64,000 bases of DNA, taken from the NCBI RefSeq assembly GCF_006345805.1, contig NC_042998.1, forward strand, positions 190,960,001-191,024,000. The letters run 5' to 3'. The notes under the pieces were generated by a model that saw only the letters and a program-made list of their open reading frames with translations, was not told the origin of the DNA and searched no databases. The DNA comes from Octopus sinensis. Taxonomy: Eukaryota. The position numbers and the translations under genes are program-made. Below, in pieces: positions 12,640-26,971 of the stretch; positions within the stretch are counted from its first letter, which is position 1, and each line of letters begins with the position of its first letter.

Positions 12640-13420
12640 ATCACCTTTAAATACTGTTCTGGTTCCATCATGTTCAGTTTGTCCACTGAAGAAACAAGAA
12701 CTTTATTGAAACAATTATGCTGTGGTAAGACATCAAAAGTCAGACCCTGCACAATCTCTGGATCTGTAAAAAATAATAGCGATATATCTCTTAAATACCA
12801 TTTTAGTGGCTTTAAGTTATCAAAAATCACCACTGCACCACAATCCTGCGAAACATGAGCGGTGCTCTTCTACAGCCGTTACAGTCGATCGAAATGCTGG
12901 ACCTTACTATCTCGGAGGATCTTTCCAGGAGAAATCACATTGACTTTAAAATATCAAAGATCACGACTCAAAGAGTAGTGTTTCTCTCCACGGATAGAAA
13001 ATATTTAATTCCCAAACAGCTGCTTACACTCTACAAGACTCAAGTGAAGTCTCTTATGAAAAACATTCCATCAGTGGTGCGCTGTCACCTTCCTCCATTT
13101 TATCTACATCTAATAAAATATCCTTTGCTCCTTGAAGCTGGCTCGTCTCGTACCTATTTAGGTACCAACGACTCATCACTTCATCTTTTATCACCCTTGC
13201 GGCATCCAACCCTTACTCCTCTATCTCGTACTTACGACTATGCCAAACCCTTACTCCCTAGAGCGCCAGTGTTTTGGACTCACTTCTCCGATCTTCTCCA
13301 TTTTTATAGTACTGACCCGCAACATTTTAAACGGTACTTTAACGGCATCAACCTCACTGATTTTAGACTGCTTGAGGGGTCCATAGACACTGTCCTTTCT
13401 TTTAGACATAGCAAGTAAAA
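12640..13420 (+). mobile_element. Degenerate CR1/L2-group LINE ORF2 3' end
   Basis: ORF 12855..13418 contains LDLTISEDLSRRNHID..SKITTQRVVFL..RKYLIPKQLLTLYKTQVK, matching the post-RT LG(L/V)TISSDLSW..HI...LLTLYKAQIRP segment. Frameshifted and stop-interrupted upstream. Confidence 0.8.
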
Positions 13421-13794
13421 GAACTATCAATGTAGGATATACTGGATCAAGTTAACTTAAATACATTCATCGAATAAAATAAACCACTGGTTATTGTTGG
13501 GGCACCTTTGAGTAAAGACCATTCAACCATAACTGAATTGGGGTTAAATATCAATGAAAACCTAATCATGCGAGTTCAAGCGGTATATTCAACATGCTCA
13601 CTCTACCTGCTAAAAATAGCCGTTAAAAATGTTCAAAGTACAGCTCATCTTCTTGAAAATTTGATAAACCCATTGGCTATGTGTTTTGTAAAATAAGAGA
13701 CGTCTTGATTATAGCTGGGAAATCTTTGATGAACGGTTTTCTCACTCAAGATTGACTTCAACCTAAGCAAGAACAGCAATTACAAAATTTTAAT

Positions 13795-14015
13795 TGTTTC
13801 TGATTTAGGTAGAAGACCAAAAATTTTGAGGGAAGTTTGGATAGCCAATTACATCGGTCTTAGTACTTTACCGGTACCTTATTTTATGCACTTCGAAAGA
13901 ATGAAAAAATGAAGTTGACCTCTGCGACATTTGAACCACTGAACGTAAAGAGATAGAAGAAATACTACAAAGCATGTTGTTCGACCTTTTAACGATTCTG
14001 CCAAATTCACCGGCC
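13795..14015 (-). mobile_element. Old SINE, family B
   Basis: Decayed match to the family-B ctgccagctcaccgcc head end and cgaaaggatgaaaggcaaagtcgacc centre. Confidence 0.65.
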
Positions 14016-16068
14016 TCAATAGCGGGCTAATAAAACTCTAATTGACACTTCAGAATCAATATCTCATCTAACGATCTCTCAATCTGTTATATATAAGCAT
14101 GATATAGGAGACAGAAACAAATATCCAGCAGTATTGTCTACATGTACGTTTGCTGCCCATTGGTTCAGGATTCGATTGACCAATGTACGTAAGTGTAATT
14201 TGGTCACCAGGGATTGACATACGAGACGTTTGTAAGGGTTCTTCTTTCACGAAGAAGTATGGTTAAGAGCAGAATGACGTATAGCGAACTGAATACAATG
14301 CGTTTACCTATTAACTTTTAAACGTAATGAGCACCAAAATCATTATTGTTATTTGGCATTTCTCTCTCTCTCTCTCTCTCAAAAAAAATTAAAAGTACAC
14401 CAAATATGGAAAAGGAAATTAACTCCAAAATTTCAGTTTATAATTGTGTACGTATGTGTGTGTGTTTGGGGGTGGGGATTGAGAGAGGATAAAGGGAGAA
14501 AGAAAGAAAGAATGAATGAATGTGAAAGAGTGTGTGTGTGTGTGTTCTGCTTGTGCATACCGGTGTAAAGTGGTGCTTAGAGGAGCATACCTTCATACCT
14601 AAAACATAATTTAGTGAGTCAATGAATAGAGATCGATCAATTATACATTGAGTACGTTATTATTAACTAAGACCACTGGAATGTTGTGGTCTGAGAATGA
14701 CCATCCCCAATAACCGAAATCAGTAAGAGCTTACTTAAAAAATGTAAGATTGTGAGGGAATTCAAGTCTGAATATAATCTGAGCGATTACCCCAAAATAT
14801 TATCTCACAACTGTGATTACTATGCTGATTTGTTTACAAAATTGTCACTATGGAGATAAGCTATGATAATACGTCTTAACCCCTTTTAAAAAATTTAATC
14901 CATCTTAGCTGTCAATTAACGGTTTGCATAATTTCAGTTAATAAACATTGATAGATTTCTCTACTTTTTCATAAATGAGTGTCGTACAAAACGCAATCAA
15001 GCCTACGTCTATATTATGCTGTCAAGACATCTTCCTTAAGTCACAAATCCTGGTGTCTTAGGAAAAGAAGTAAGCATTGTGTTGTATCGTTCTATATGTA
15101 TTCAGGGATACAATGATTTTAATCCAGACCCGGTGTTAAACAACTGCAGCCGTAATCTGCAGAATTATTCAACGGTATTTCTCACGTGTGCATATTACAA
15201 CCTCTCTGTTTATACTGTGTAATTCACTTATGTTTCTTTCGTTGGTTTTTGCAATCCGATTCCTTAAGATCCATTTTATCCAATGACGATATCAAACAGA
15301 GAAAACAAAATCCACGTTACGTTAAAACGCCATTGTCTTTTACCCTCGTCACCAACAAACTAGTAATCTATAAACAGTATCCTATAATATTTTTAAAAAG
15401 TGCTATGGGGCAACTAGTATTTTATAATACTCTCAACAGACCATAAACAGGACAACTCATTATCCAAATACTCCCACAACAGCGGAGAGTATTTTCAAAC
15501 GCTTCACAAGAAAGAATGTCAACAAAAAAGACTACTGATTTGGTGACGTTTCATCATTCACTGTGACGTTTACATCATACAGCGTGACATTGTTGACATC
15601 CAGTGTGTCGCTCACAACACCAAAAAAACAAATAGTATCGATGACTGGTTGTATGTAGGGGAAGAAAATATGGATAATAGGGTGCTTATGTTATTCAAAA
15701 CACATGACTATCAAAACTTGAGTAAACACTCCGGATAATTCAGAAATAATGTACCTGTTTAAGATCCAGGTGTTCATTTAGTATTGATTGATATGGCTCA
15801 GTCTTTCATATAAACATGTTTATACTATTTATAGTTTTGCTAGGATATAAGTTTACCATGCTGCGTATATAGTTTAAATTTGGTATATAAATATATACCA
15901 TATGATGTATGAATTTACCAGATAATGTATAAACTCAGCAGGTAGTATATAAAAGTTATCATGTTGTCTATAAACATGCCAAATAATGAAAGCACGCAAC
16001 AGTCACGCATACATACATACATACATACATACATACATACATACATACATACATACATACATACATAC

Positions 16069-16099
<31 letters not shown>

Positions 16100-16624
16100 C
16101 ATACATACATCCATACTTACATACAAACATACATACATACATACATACATACATACATACATACATCCATACTTACATACAAACATACATATATACATAC
16201 ATACATGCATACATACATACATGCATGCATAGATGTTTATGGTCATCTTTAACTATGTATATACATATACACATTGAGTCTATACACCTACTTCAATGCA
16301 TGCACATATACAAACATACACACATGTATAGAAATACAAACATACACGCATATACTCGCATGCGTACCTAGCTATCTTTTTGAATTTATAATCGTTATTT
16401 GTACTGATTTTTTTCTATACATATACATCGATCCATTCTCATGCATCATGTACACACAGCTGTATTGTTTCCTATTCTATATATTCGTCTCACGATTGGT
16501 TTAGCAAGAATTATGTACATAGTGAATACGAACACATGGAAAATGAATTAATTCTCTATGTAGAAGCGCATAATCGCAAACCGTAAGTAAACTTTGATAA
16601 TTATTTAGATTATATAACTGGATG

Positions 16625-16689
<65 letters not shown>

Positions 16690-16719
16690 GCGTCTGTCTG
16701 TGAGTATGTGAGTGTGTGC

Positions 16720-16774
<55 letters not shown>

Positions 16775-17292
16775 TGCGTATAATGTAACATATTTACATA
16801 CACACATATGTATGCACATATACATATATATATGTTTATAGAAATATATACATAGATATATATATGCATATATTTATAGAAATATATACATACATATATA
16901 TATGTATATATTTATAGAAATATATACATACATACGTATATATATATATATATTATATATGTAAATGAACACATACATATATACATGTATGTATATATAT
17001 ATATATATATGTAAATATACATATATGTGTGTATATATATATATATCTATATATATACATATATATATATACATATATATATACATATATATATACATAC
17101 AAATATATACATGTGTATATATATATATATATGTATGTAAATATACATTTATATATATTTATTTAAATATATATATACATATATGAATGTGTATATTATA
17201 TATACATACACATATCTTGAGTGCTTGTCTATAAAGCATGTGTGCATGTATATACAGGCATGGCTAATGGCGTATGCTTGAATGGATAGTTA

Positions 17293-17347
<55 letters not shown>

Positions 17348-17743
17348 TATATATACATGCATGGAAACATCGTGCAGATTTATGAATCGGACTACTCTCC
17401 ATCAATTTCGTTTTGCTTGTTGCCTGCAAAAGTCTTTAACATTTCTCTGAAATTTTGTACAATTGTACAAATGCAACGATGCATTCCATGATTTATGTAT
17501 GATTACACAAAATATATATTTGTAATTGCACAAGCGCACGCATGCACATTTAAATGCACCCACACATAGGCATACATTGTAGAAACATGTGTGTGTGTAC
17601 ATATATATACTTCCCTATGTATATGCATATGGATATAGATACATACGTACATATATATATATATATATATATACATATATATATGCATATACATATATAT
17701 ATATGTATGTATATATGTATGTATGTATGTATATATATATATA

Positions 17744-17793
<50 letters not shown>

Positions 17794-18019
17794 TATATAT
17801 AGATATATATATATATATATATATGCACGTATGCATGTATGGATATATGTAAATATATCTTAATGGAGAATGCATGGTTATTCTGACATTATATAATGTA
17901 TATGTATATATGCATATGTATCTATCTATGTATATATTTTTATATTCTACATACATGTATATGTGTGTATATATAATATTTATATGTATGTATGTATATA
18001 TGTATATGTAGGTATATTT

Positions 18020-18067
<48 letters not shown>

Positions 18068-18539
18068 TATTTTATATATACATATATATGTATATATATA
18101 TATTTGTATATATATATATATATATAATATATATATATATTATGTATATACATATATACATATATACATACACGCACGCATATACACATATATGCATTAC
18201 ATAAATCGTGAATGCATGCATACATACATACATATATAGATAGATAGATACACTATTTACATGCTTTTATTTTGGTCTTGATTTCCTATGTAACTATTTT
18301 CAATGGATTTTCTATTCCAGTTTAATATCTCCAAGAAACATACGGTAAAACTGTACATGTACATGTATAAGTCACGTACATAAACACACGAATTCGTACA
18401 GAACCCCACTACACAGAGACACAGACACAGACACACACTCCCAGACACCTACGCAGGGAGTGTAAAGAAAAAATGCAAATAAAACAATATACTCTAAGTG
18501 AAAAAAAAAAAGTCATCAAAAAAAAAGCAGTCATCTTAC

Positions 18540-18586
18540 CCAGGGTCGGCTGTTGCGGCCGCTGCAATTGATAGTCGCCTCTTCAT
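18540..18586 (-). CDS. Candidate first coding exon MKRRLSIAAAATADP(G); unidentified
   Basis: ATG at 18586 preceded by an in-frame TAA, 47 nt of GC-rich sequence, then the donor TGG|gtaaga. No downstream exon could be assigned. Confidence 0.3.
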
Positions 18587-19073
18587 TTAGTTGAGAAATA
18601 TTAAATACACTTTGTAATAACATAACCATTCGCAAGTGTGCACGAGGTTATTCCTAACCGAAAATGCATTTGTCTTTTAAGTCCATACAATAGGAATAAC
18701 CAGGACCAGGGAAGAAATGCTGGTACAATCACTACCATAGTCACTGGCAAATGTGAGCGGTGTGTTTTTCTTACGAAACAGGGCTGAATGGATTGCCAGC
18801 ATTAGAATTTCACATTGATAATTTTCTGCGCTAATAATACATTTAGACGACTCACACACACACACACACACAATCTCGCGCGCGCACAAAATATAAAAAA
18901 ACAAAACAAACAAACAAAAAAAAAACTCACACACACACACACACATACACATACACATACACACTGCTAGGAGGCTCACCACCTTAGGACGTGTATTAAC
19001 ATCGCCACCGCCATCACCGTCGCCTTCGACACCACCTTCTTCTTCTTCATCACCATCATCATCATCATCACCA

Positions 19074-19113
<40 letters not shown>

Positions 19114-19383
19114 TATTATTACTATTGTTATTATTATTATTATTATTACTTTTTCCTCTTTTGCTCCTCATAGATTCATACCATCACCAATTTACTCCAC
19201 ATACGAACTATTTTTTTTTAAACATACAAAAAAAAAAAAAAAATTCCATCACAATATGTCGGCAATATATGTATGTATGTATATACACTGTACTTTCTCT
19301 CCTATCAGGTGAATATAGGTGAGTAACGAAGGAGGGGAGGAAATATACATATACAAATATATTCATTCACCCATATATACATA

Positions 19384-19490
<107 letters not shown>

Positions 19491-19779
19491 ATATGTGTGT
19501 GTGTATGTATATGTGTATGTATATAATCGAAGCCAGTAAATCAGAGCGGGATTATATTTCCATATAGCCTATGGGCACGGATTTTCAACTTCCATACTGC
19601 CATCATATTAGCTCGTAGGTGCGTTTCTCACTAAAAACAACTATAAAATACTTTCTCACTTCGACATTTACTCTCTCTCATCTCTGCCATTTGTTAGTGT
19701 TCAGTTTCTCATGCACTTATTCTCTGTCTCTCTCTTTCTCTTTTTCTCTTTTTTGTCTCTCTCTCCTCTCTCCTCTCTT

Positions 19780-19816
<37 letters not shown>

Positions 19817-19977
19817 CTTCTTTATCGTTCGCTTAAACACTGATGCATATGCACGCTTTCGACATATACAGACATACTAATGTCAGAACAAACACACACA
19901 CACATATCCGTTTATCTGCCACGTACGTACACGTACTCACACACAACGCCGCTCAAACACACATACACACACACACA

Positions 19978-20027
<50 letters not shown>

Positions 20028-20505
20028 CACACACAGCTGATGCATATTTGATCACGCTTACTAGATTCAGTACGACACTTCTCATATTCATTCACAACCA
20101 TATCTGCTCCCCCTCCCCCTCCTCCTCCTCCTCCTCCTCCTACCCACCACCACCGCCACCACACACGTTTCTCTCATTTCTTTCTCTTCAACATCGTCCC
20201 AGCCATTAACGGTTTTTATTTTGCGATAAAAACTAAAAAAAAACAAAAAACGACTGCATATTAGTTTATATAGTAGTACATGCATGAACACACCTGCAAA
20301 CACACACACGTACAAAGGCGGCGCGCTCACACATACACTCTCATAGACTATAAACCTTACAAAATCCACACGTACGACATATACGCATACGTAAAGTTTA
20401 CTAAATATTTACGCATGCATATAAACACAAGCGTCTGCGTGGATGTCTATGTCAGTGAGTATGTGCATGCCAGTAATATATATATGTATATATATATATA
20501 TATAA

Positions 20506-20591
<86 letters not shown>

Positions 20592-20659
20592 GTAAACAGT
20601 TGAACATTATTTAAATTTACATTACCATATTTGTTTACTCTTTACAGGGAAAAGGCTGA

Positions 20660-20701
20660 TTGTGACTTCGAAGTTTTGTCTTACGACCCGTCATCAGACT
20701 G
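20660..20701 (-). ncRNA. Hammerhead relic
   Basis: Minus: gt CTGATGA cgg GTC gtaa GAC aaa ACTTCGAAGT C ac. Perfect CUGAUGA, GNRA-capped stem II, 10-nt palindromic stem III, GUC site. G12 is lost and stem I has only 2 bp. Confidence 0.6.
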
Positions 20702-20819
20702 CTGTATATATGCGTTGGTTTGTTTATTTGTTTGTTTGTGTGTGTGTGCGTGTACGTCAGGGCAGTGGTGTGCAATTGTACTCTTTTTTGTATACATGTG
20801 TGTATGTATGTATGTATAT

Positions 20820-20921
<102 letters not shown>

Positions 20922-21435
20922 ATATATGTGCCCTCTCGCTAGCCAACACCAAACACTGATATACACTCTTTCACGCACGCACGCAAATGCGCATACACGT
21001 CACTCCATCACACTCAGACATACACAAACATATGGACTGGGTTTCTACGAGTAACGATAAATCACTCGATGCGATACCATAATGGAGTGCAGTGATTTAT
21101 CTAAGCTGATCCAGTAACCTATTACTCTGGAATTCTCCCGACATGCAGTTGGTTCCTCAGAAGTATTGCTGTAAAATTCATATTAAACAAAACCACGCGG
21201 TTACACATTTAAGTCCATCCTTGTGATTGACAGGTACTGTATGCTAATGATGCTCAAAGAAGAATAAGCAAAGTTAACCTGAAGAGAAACTGTACTCAGA
21301 AACCAGAGGTGTCTATGAAACTGTTGCGAGACATTTCCTATGACGCTGTTACGGATCTGTAATACCATAGAGAAACAGCTGGTGTAGTTTATGAAACTCC
21401 ATCCGCTAATACAGAATCGAATGAATGTATTAGAT

Positions 21436-22072
21436 ATTGGTTTCAATTTAGGAGGAGCGGGTACATCGATTACATCGATCCCAGTGCTTAACTAGTATTT
21501 ATTTTATTGACCCCGAAAGGATGAAACGCAAAGTCGACATCGGCGGATTTTGAGCTCAGAACGTAAAGATGGACGAAATGCCGCTAAACATCTTGTTCGG
21601 CGTGTTAACTGTTCTGCCACCTCGTCGCCTTAAGTATTGGTTTCAAACTTTGGCACAAGGCCAGCATGTTCGGAGAAGGGGTTTAGTAGACTACATCGAT
21701 CCCACTGTTTTATATATCCCGAAAAGATGAAAAGCAAAGTAGACCTCGATAGAATTTGAACTCAGAACTTAAAGACTGACGAATTGCCGATAAACAGTTT
21801 ACCCGACATGTTAACGGTTTTGCCAGCTCACCGCCTTAAACACATTACACATCAACAATTGGTCCCACATATTTGAATATCATAACACTTTCTAATGATT
21901 CGATTTTGAGAATGGTATATAATAAATAATATTGGTTCCAGTACTTCTCTAGTATTTAATTTTATTGAACTAGGAAGGATCAAAAGGAAACTGACCTTGC
22001 CGGTAAGTGAACTCAGAACGTAAGAGACCATAAATATTCTACCCAACACTATAACTATTCTGCGAAACTTCA
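21436..22072 (-). mobile_element. Three head-to-tail family-B SINEs (about 21436-21631, 21635-21838, 21930-22072)
   Basis: Each unit begins with tattggtt on the plus strand and carries the gaaaggatgaaa..aaagtcgacc..gaactcagaacgt motif. The third is the most decayed. Confidence 0.8.
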
Positions 22073-23672
22073 ACGCTCATTAACATTGGATTTCATAAAG
22101 TGCGCCAGATCTATAGATGTATCCAGTTGTTGTTGCTGGTATTACTTTTGTTTAACTTAAGATCAAGTGTTCATATTCTGTAACTGGCAGTTAGTTGTGT
22201 TCATGTCTTCACACCTAATCAATAACGCTTGAGTTTTTCAAGGTCAATGTACAGCTCCTATACCCTATATAGTCGAGAAAGGCAACCTTTTCATGAGTTC
22301 AGACGCTAGATTATTTATTGAAATCCAGTGTCAGAATGATGTTAATTATAAATATTCCTCCCTAATCAGTAAACGACAAGGAATATATATGACTCATCAA
22401 CAGCTATACTCTTGTAGTTAGATAATATAGAACAACAATGCAACAATATACGACCTCTTTAAATCGGTATTGTTCTTATGTTTCTCTACGGGGATGCTCA
22501 AATACGATTCCATTGAATCTACGATTTGTTGAGAGGTTAACATAAAAATAATAACACAAAAGAGAAACTAATGCACGATTTATTGTATTTTTTATCGAGT
22601 GCATTGATCTGATTAATAAAATAAACAAAATGGTGTCTATCCATTATTAAACTGTATCAAGGCTTCACTATGTAGACATGCGTATAAAAAACACTCAGGA
22701 GTAAGAGCCGATATTGAAGGCAAACACTTAGCAATGTTTGTCATGGACAATTTTATTGATAGAGCTATTGTTTTGTTTTATGTCTACAGAAATACAATCA
22801 ACAACGTTCTAATCCTTTTGCCTTATTAATTTAACACCTTTCCCATAATATAATACAAGGGTAAAATACACAGATATATACATAGCGTGTACCAAAACTA
22901 AACATTTGTATACCTAGCAGGTGTTTTCTAGAATAAGGTTACATATCTCTCTGTATTCGTTGAAACTTCTTAAAATACATGCAAGTACATTACTGTATTG
23001 ATCCGGGCCTAGTTCTCTTAAAACAATCTCTAAATAGTATAACTAGTATATCGATCAGTTCCTTTAAGTTCTTCAAAATAGTATGATGGCATATCTGTGC
23101 GTTACTCTATCGATTAGTTTCCAGTTAAATTCTTTAAATAGTATAGCTAGGTAATAATATATCGATTATTTTTACTTTCTACTAAATCTTAAAATGTTAT
23201 GTTATTACGTTTACGATTTCTTTAGATCTCTTGGATTCTTGAGATGGCATAATTGTTTGTTTCAGTGCATACTGCAGTAAGTATTGGATCGATTAAATGT
23301 TTAAGAAATTATACAGCAATTAATATAATTTGCGATAAAAGAGTGGTAGTAACTGCAGTTGTTGTTTTAATTTAGCCACAACCTCGATTTTGCAGACTCA
23401 TGTCCAAAATATCTTTTTTCCCAGACTATTATATGTAGGACTACATTATCTAATTTGTTCTTTATCCACTATTTTCTTTTAGTTGGTAGTCAGGGTGTTA
23501 TTTGAGGGACAGATAACACCATTTTTTTTTAGTAGAAGCTACAGTATATTCGAAACAGCTGAATAATATTTGTCTGTCTTGAATTCATGAGCCTCTTCCA
23601 GGTCAAATATAGTAGAGTAAGTCTTATGATAAAGGGATTTTAGTGGTGACCATTTCGTATTTTCAAGTTTAT

Positions 23673-23922
23673 GTAGAGCTACTTTAATATACCTTAGCTT
23701 TAAGACGGTAGAGCTTACATTAATATACCTTGGCTTTAAGACGGTAGAACTACATTAATACTCCTTGGCTTTAAGACGGTAGAGCTACATTAATATACAT
23801 TGGCTATAAGACGGTAGAGCTACATCAATGTACCTGGACTTTAAGGCGATTGAGCTACATTAATATACCTGGGCTTTAAGACGATTGAGCTACATCAATA
23901 TACCTTGGCTTTAAGACGGTAG
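23673..23922. repeat. 35-bp minisatellite, about 7 copies
   Basis: Unit gtagagctacattaatataccttggctttaagacg with scattered substitutions and no spacers. Confidence 0.92.
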
Positions 23923-24204
23923 GGAGAGAAATGACTTTTATTTCTAGCAGGTGGGACGATCACCTAGATGGTCTTATGTACATTCCATTTCTCCATCAAT
24001 TTTCATTTGAAGAAAAATAAAAAAAAATTATCAGAATTCTCCATAAGTAACATTGATAGTTATGACATTACTTGTAACTTTAAATATAAGTAATCCTTTA
24101 AGTAAAATTTCTATGTATTATGCGATATGTCGAACAATGAAAAATAATAGTTGCTATACAACATCAATTGAATATTTTTACATGTCTTGAAGCTACATCA
24201 AAAA

Positions 24205-24254
24205 CAATCTCCATACTATTATTATTATTATTATTATTGTTTTTATTATTATTA

Positions 24255-24300
<46 letters not shown>

Positions 24301-24301
24301 C

Positions 24302-24339
<38 letters not shown>

Positions 24340-24445
24340 TGTTGTTGTTGTTGTTGTTATCATTATTATTATCATTATTATTACTAATATTATTATTATT
24401 ATTATAATTATCATTATTATATCATCACTATTATAATTATAATTA

Positions 24446-24491
<46 letters not shown>

Positions 24492-24550
24492 CATCATTAT
24501 TATTATCGGTATTATTATTATCGTTATCATTATTATTGTTATTATTATTA

Positions 24551-24586
<36 letters not shown>

Positions 24587-24598
24587 TACTACTACTAC

Positions 24599-24650
<52 letters not shown>
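24205..24650. repeat. (TAT)n/(TAA)n trinucleotide microsatellite
   Basis: Directly visible; gives the poly-L/Y/I ORFs. Confidence 0.98.
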
Positions 24651-25309
24651 TTGTTTTTTGAAATGCAGACAGGATCAGTGAATGATAGCAACACATAAAT
24701 TAATTAAAGCATGCAGAATAAAAACAAAAATCAAAAAAAAAAACACAAAAAAGAAAAGAAACAAACAATGAATAAAATGAGCAGGCTTCATATCCTTTCC
24801 AAATTTTCATACATGTGACGTTCTCATATTAAATTTGTTAAATCGATGCAAGACTTCACCTTACTTCTAAAGCAATAAGAATAAAAAAAAAAAAAAATCC
24901 ACGCTCGTGCCCTAAGACTAAAAAAGTAGTTAAATAGAAGTATCATTAGTATTATTTGAAATATAGTCAAATTTCAATATTTTCGACTTCACTGTTACTC
25001 TGCTCTGATTCGTAAAATGCTGTTAGATATTCAGTAAAAACAATAGTTAGCTGGAATCAATGTATTTTGTCTTTATATAACATCGATAATGGCTTCTTGT
25101 TCTTTGGTTCTTTCTGATGTTTCCTCTCTATTTTGTTTGTACTTTTTAATATTTGAAATCATAGAACTTTCTTGAAATACAAACTCAGAAGCTAAACATA
25201 TCTCTGTCTCTATCTGTCTCTCTCTCTCTTTCCTGCTCTCACCACTACTCTCTCTCTCTCTCTCTCTCTTCGTGCGCGCGTATATATATATATATATATA
25301 TATATACAC

Positions 25310-25424
<115 letters not shown>

Positions 25425-25486
25425 TATATTACATATATATATTAAATACGAATGAGTTCGCATTTATATATATAATATATATATAT

Positions 25487-25533
<47 letters not shown>

Positions 25534-26141
25534 TATATTATATATTATATATATATGTGCATATATATTTATATTATGCATATTCGCATAGATATATGTG
25601 TGTGTGTGTATTGTTTGTGTATATTACACTTTCTGTGACCCCACTCGTGTTCTACGTTCATTCTTTTGTTCTTCCGTCGTCATCTCTCACAGTTTTTCTC
25701 TCCCAATCATCCTCTTCTTCTTTCGCGTTCCTTCTCCCCTCCTTTCTACCAATTATTTGTTGTTTTTTTTCTTTCTCACCTCCTTTCTGTTACTAATTGC
25801 CGAGCAATTTTACCATGATCCATCTTCTACACGGGCTGACTCTTTCAGAACCCGTCCACAATTCAACGCAATTCGTTCCTCGCAATCTCATCTTTTTTTT
25901 CCTTTTTATGTTGAAGTACTTATGACGAAAGCCAACGACATAATTTCATTCTTTGCTACTTATATGAATACTGTCGGCTAATCTCTTCTGTTTCACTTCA
26001 GTCGAGAGTCTATAAACGTCAGTTTAGTCCACCTGTTACTTCTCCATATATTCTGGCAACTTATGTTCTTGTGCTATGATACATTAAATACGCAATCCTT
26101 GTTGAAGTAATCCTTTGTCTTCACGAAACCTTTTCCGTGTG

Positions 26142-26558
26142 TACTCTCTCTTTTTCTCTTTTACTTGTTTCAGTCCTTTGACTGCGGCCATGCTGGAGCA
26201 CCGCCTTTAGTCGAGCGACTCGACCCCGGGACTTATTCTTTTTTTGTAAGCCCAGTACTTATGCTATCGGTCTCCTTTGCCGAACCGCTAAGTAACGGGG
26301 ACATAAACACACCAGCATCGGTTGTCAAGCAATGCTAGGGGGACAAACACAGACACACAAACAAACACACATACATATATATACACATATATACGACAGG
26401 CTTCTTTCAGTTTCCGTCTACCAAATCCACTCACAAGGCATTGGTCGTCCCGGGGCTATAGCAGAAGACACTTGCCCAAGATGCCACGCAGTGGGACTGA
26501 ACCCGGAACCATGTGGTTGGTTAGCAAGCTACTTACCACACAGCCACTCCTGCGCCTG
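26142..26558 (-). mobile_element. Full-length family-A SINE
   Basis: Head aggcgcaggagtggctgtgtggtaagtagcttgc...ggttccgggttcagtccc on minus; near-consensus throughout. Confidence 0.95.
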
Positions 26559-26600
26559 TATGTTTTTTTTTTTTTTTAATTTTGTATCTACTGGGAGTTC

Positions 26601-26648
26601 GGTGACTGAAGATATGCTCATAATGTGCCAAAATTGGAGAACTTCACT
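26601..26648 (+). ncRNA. Hammerhead relic
   Basis: ggtga CTGAAGA tat gctca taa tgtgc c aaaa ttggagaac t tcact. Stem I ggtga/tcact and core CUGAAGA are intact; GAAA and stem III are decayed. Confidence 0.4.
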
Positions 26649-26886
26649 TTACATGAATTAAGAGAAATGGAGAGATAGAGACAGACAGACAGACAGATAG
26701 ATAGATGATATATGATAGATAGATAGATGATAGATAGATAGATAGATAGATAGAATAGATAGATAGATAGATAGATAGACAGATAGAGAGATGGTAGATA
26801 GAAATATAGATAGATAGATGAATAGATAGATAGATAGAGAGAGTAAGAGTAGATAAGAGATAGAGAGATAGATAGATAGAGAGATA

Positions 26887-26938
<52 letters not shown>

Positions 26939-26971
26939 AGAGAGAGAATACGAGAGAGAGAGAGAGGAGAA

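Noticed and set aside
12855-13418. 187-aa ORF as a host gene
   Set aside because: It matches the LINE ORF2 C-terminus and is frameshifted relative to upstream homology.
15543-15604. Three about 20-bp tandem units, two containing TGACGT (CRE-like)
   Set aside because: A short local duplication; a regulatory role is unsupported.
23673-23922. 35-bp repeats resembling a CRISPR array
   Set aside because: The units are contiguous with no unique spacers, the context is eukaryotic and there are no cas genes.
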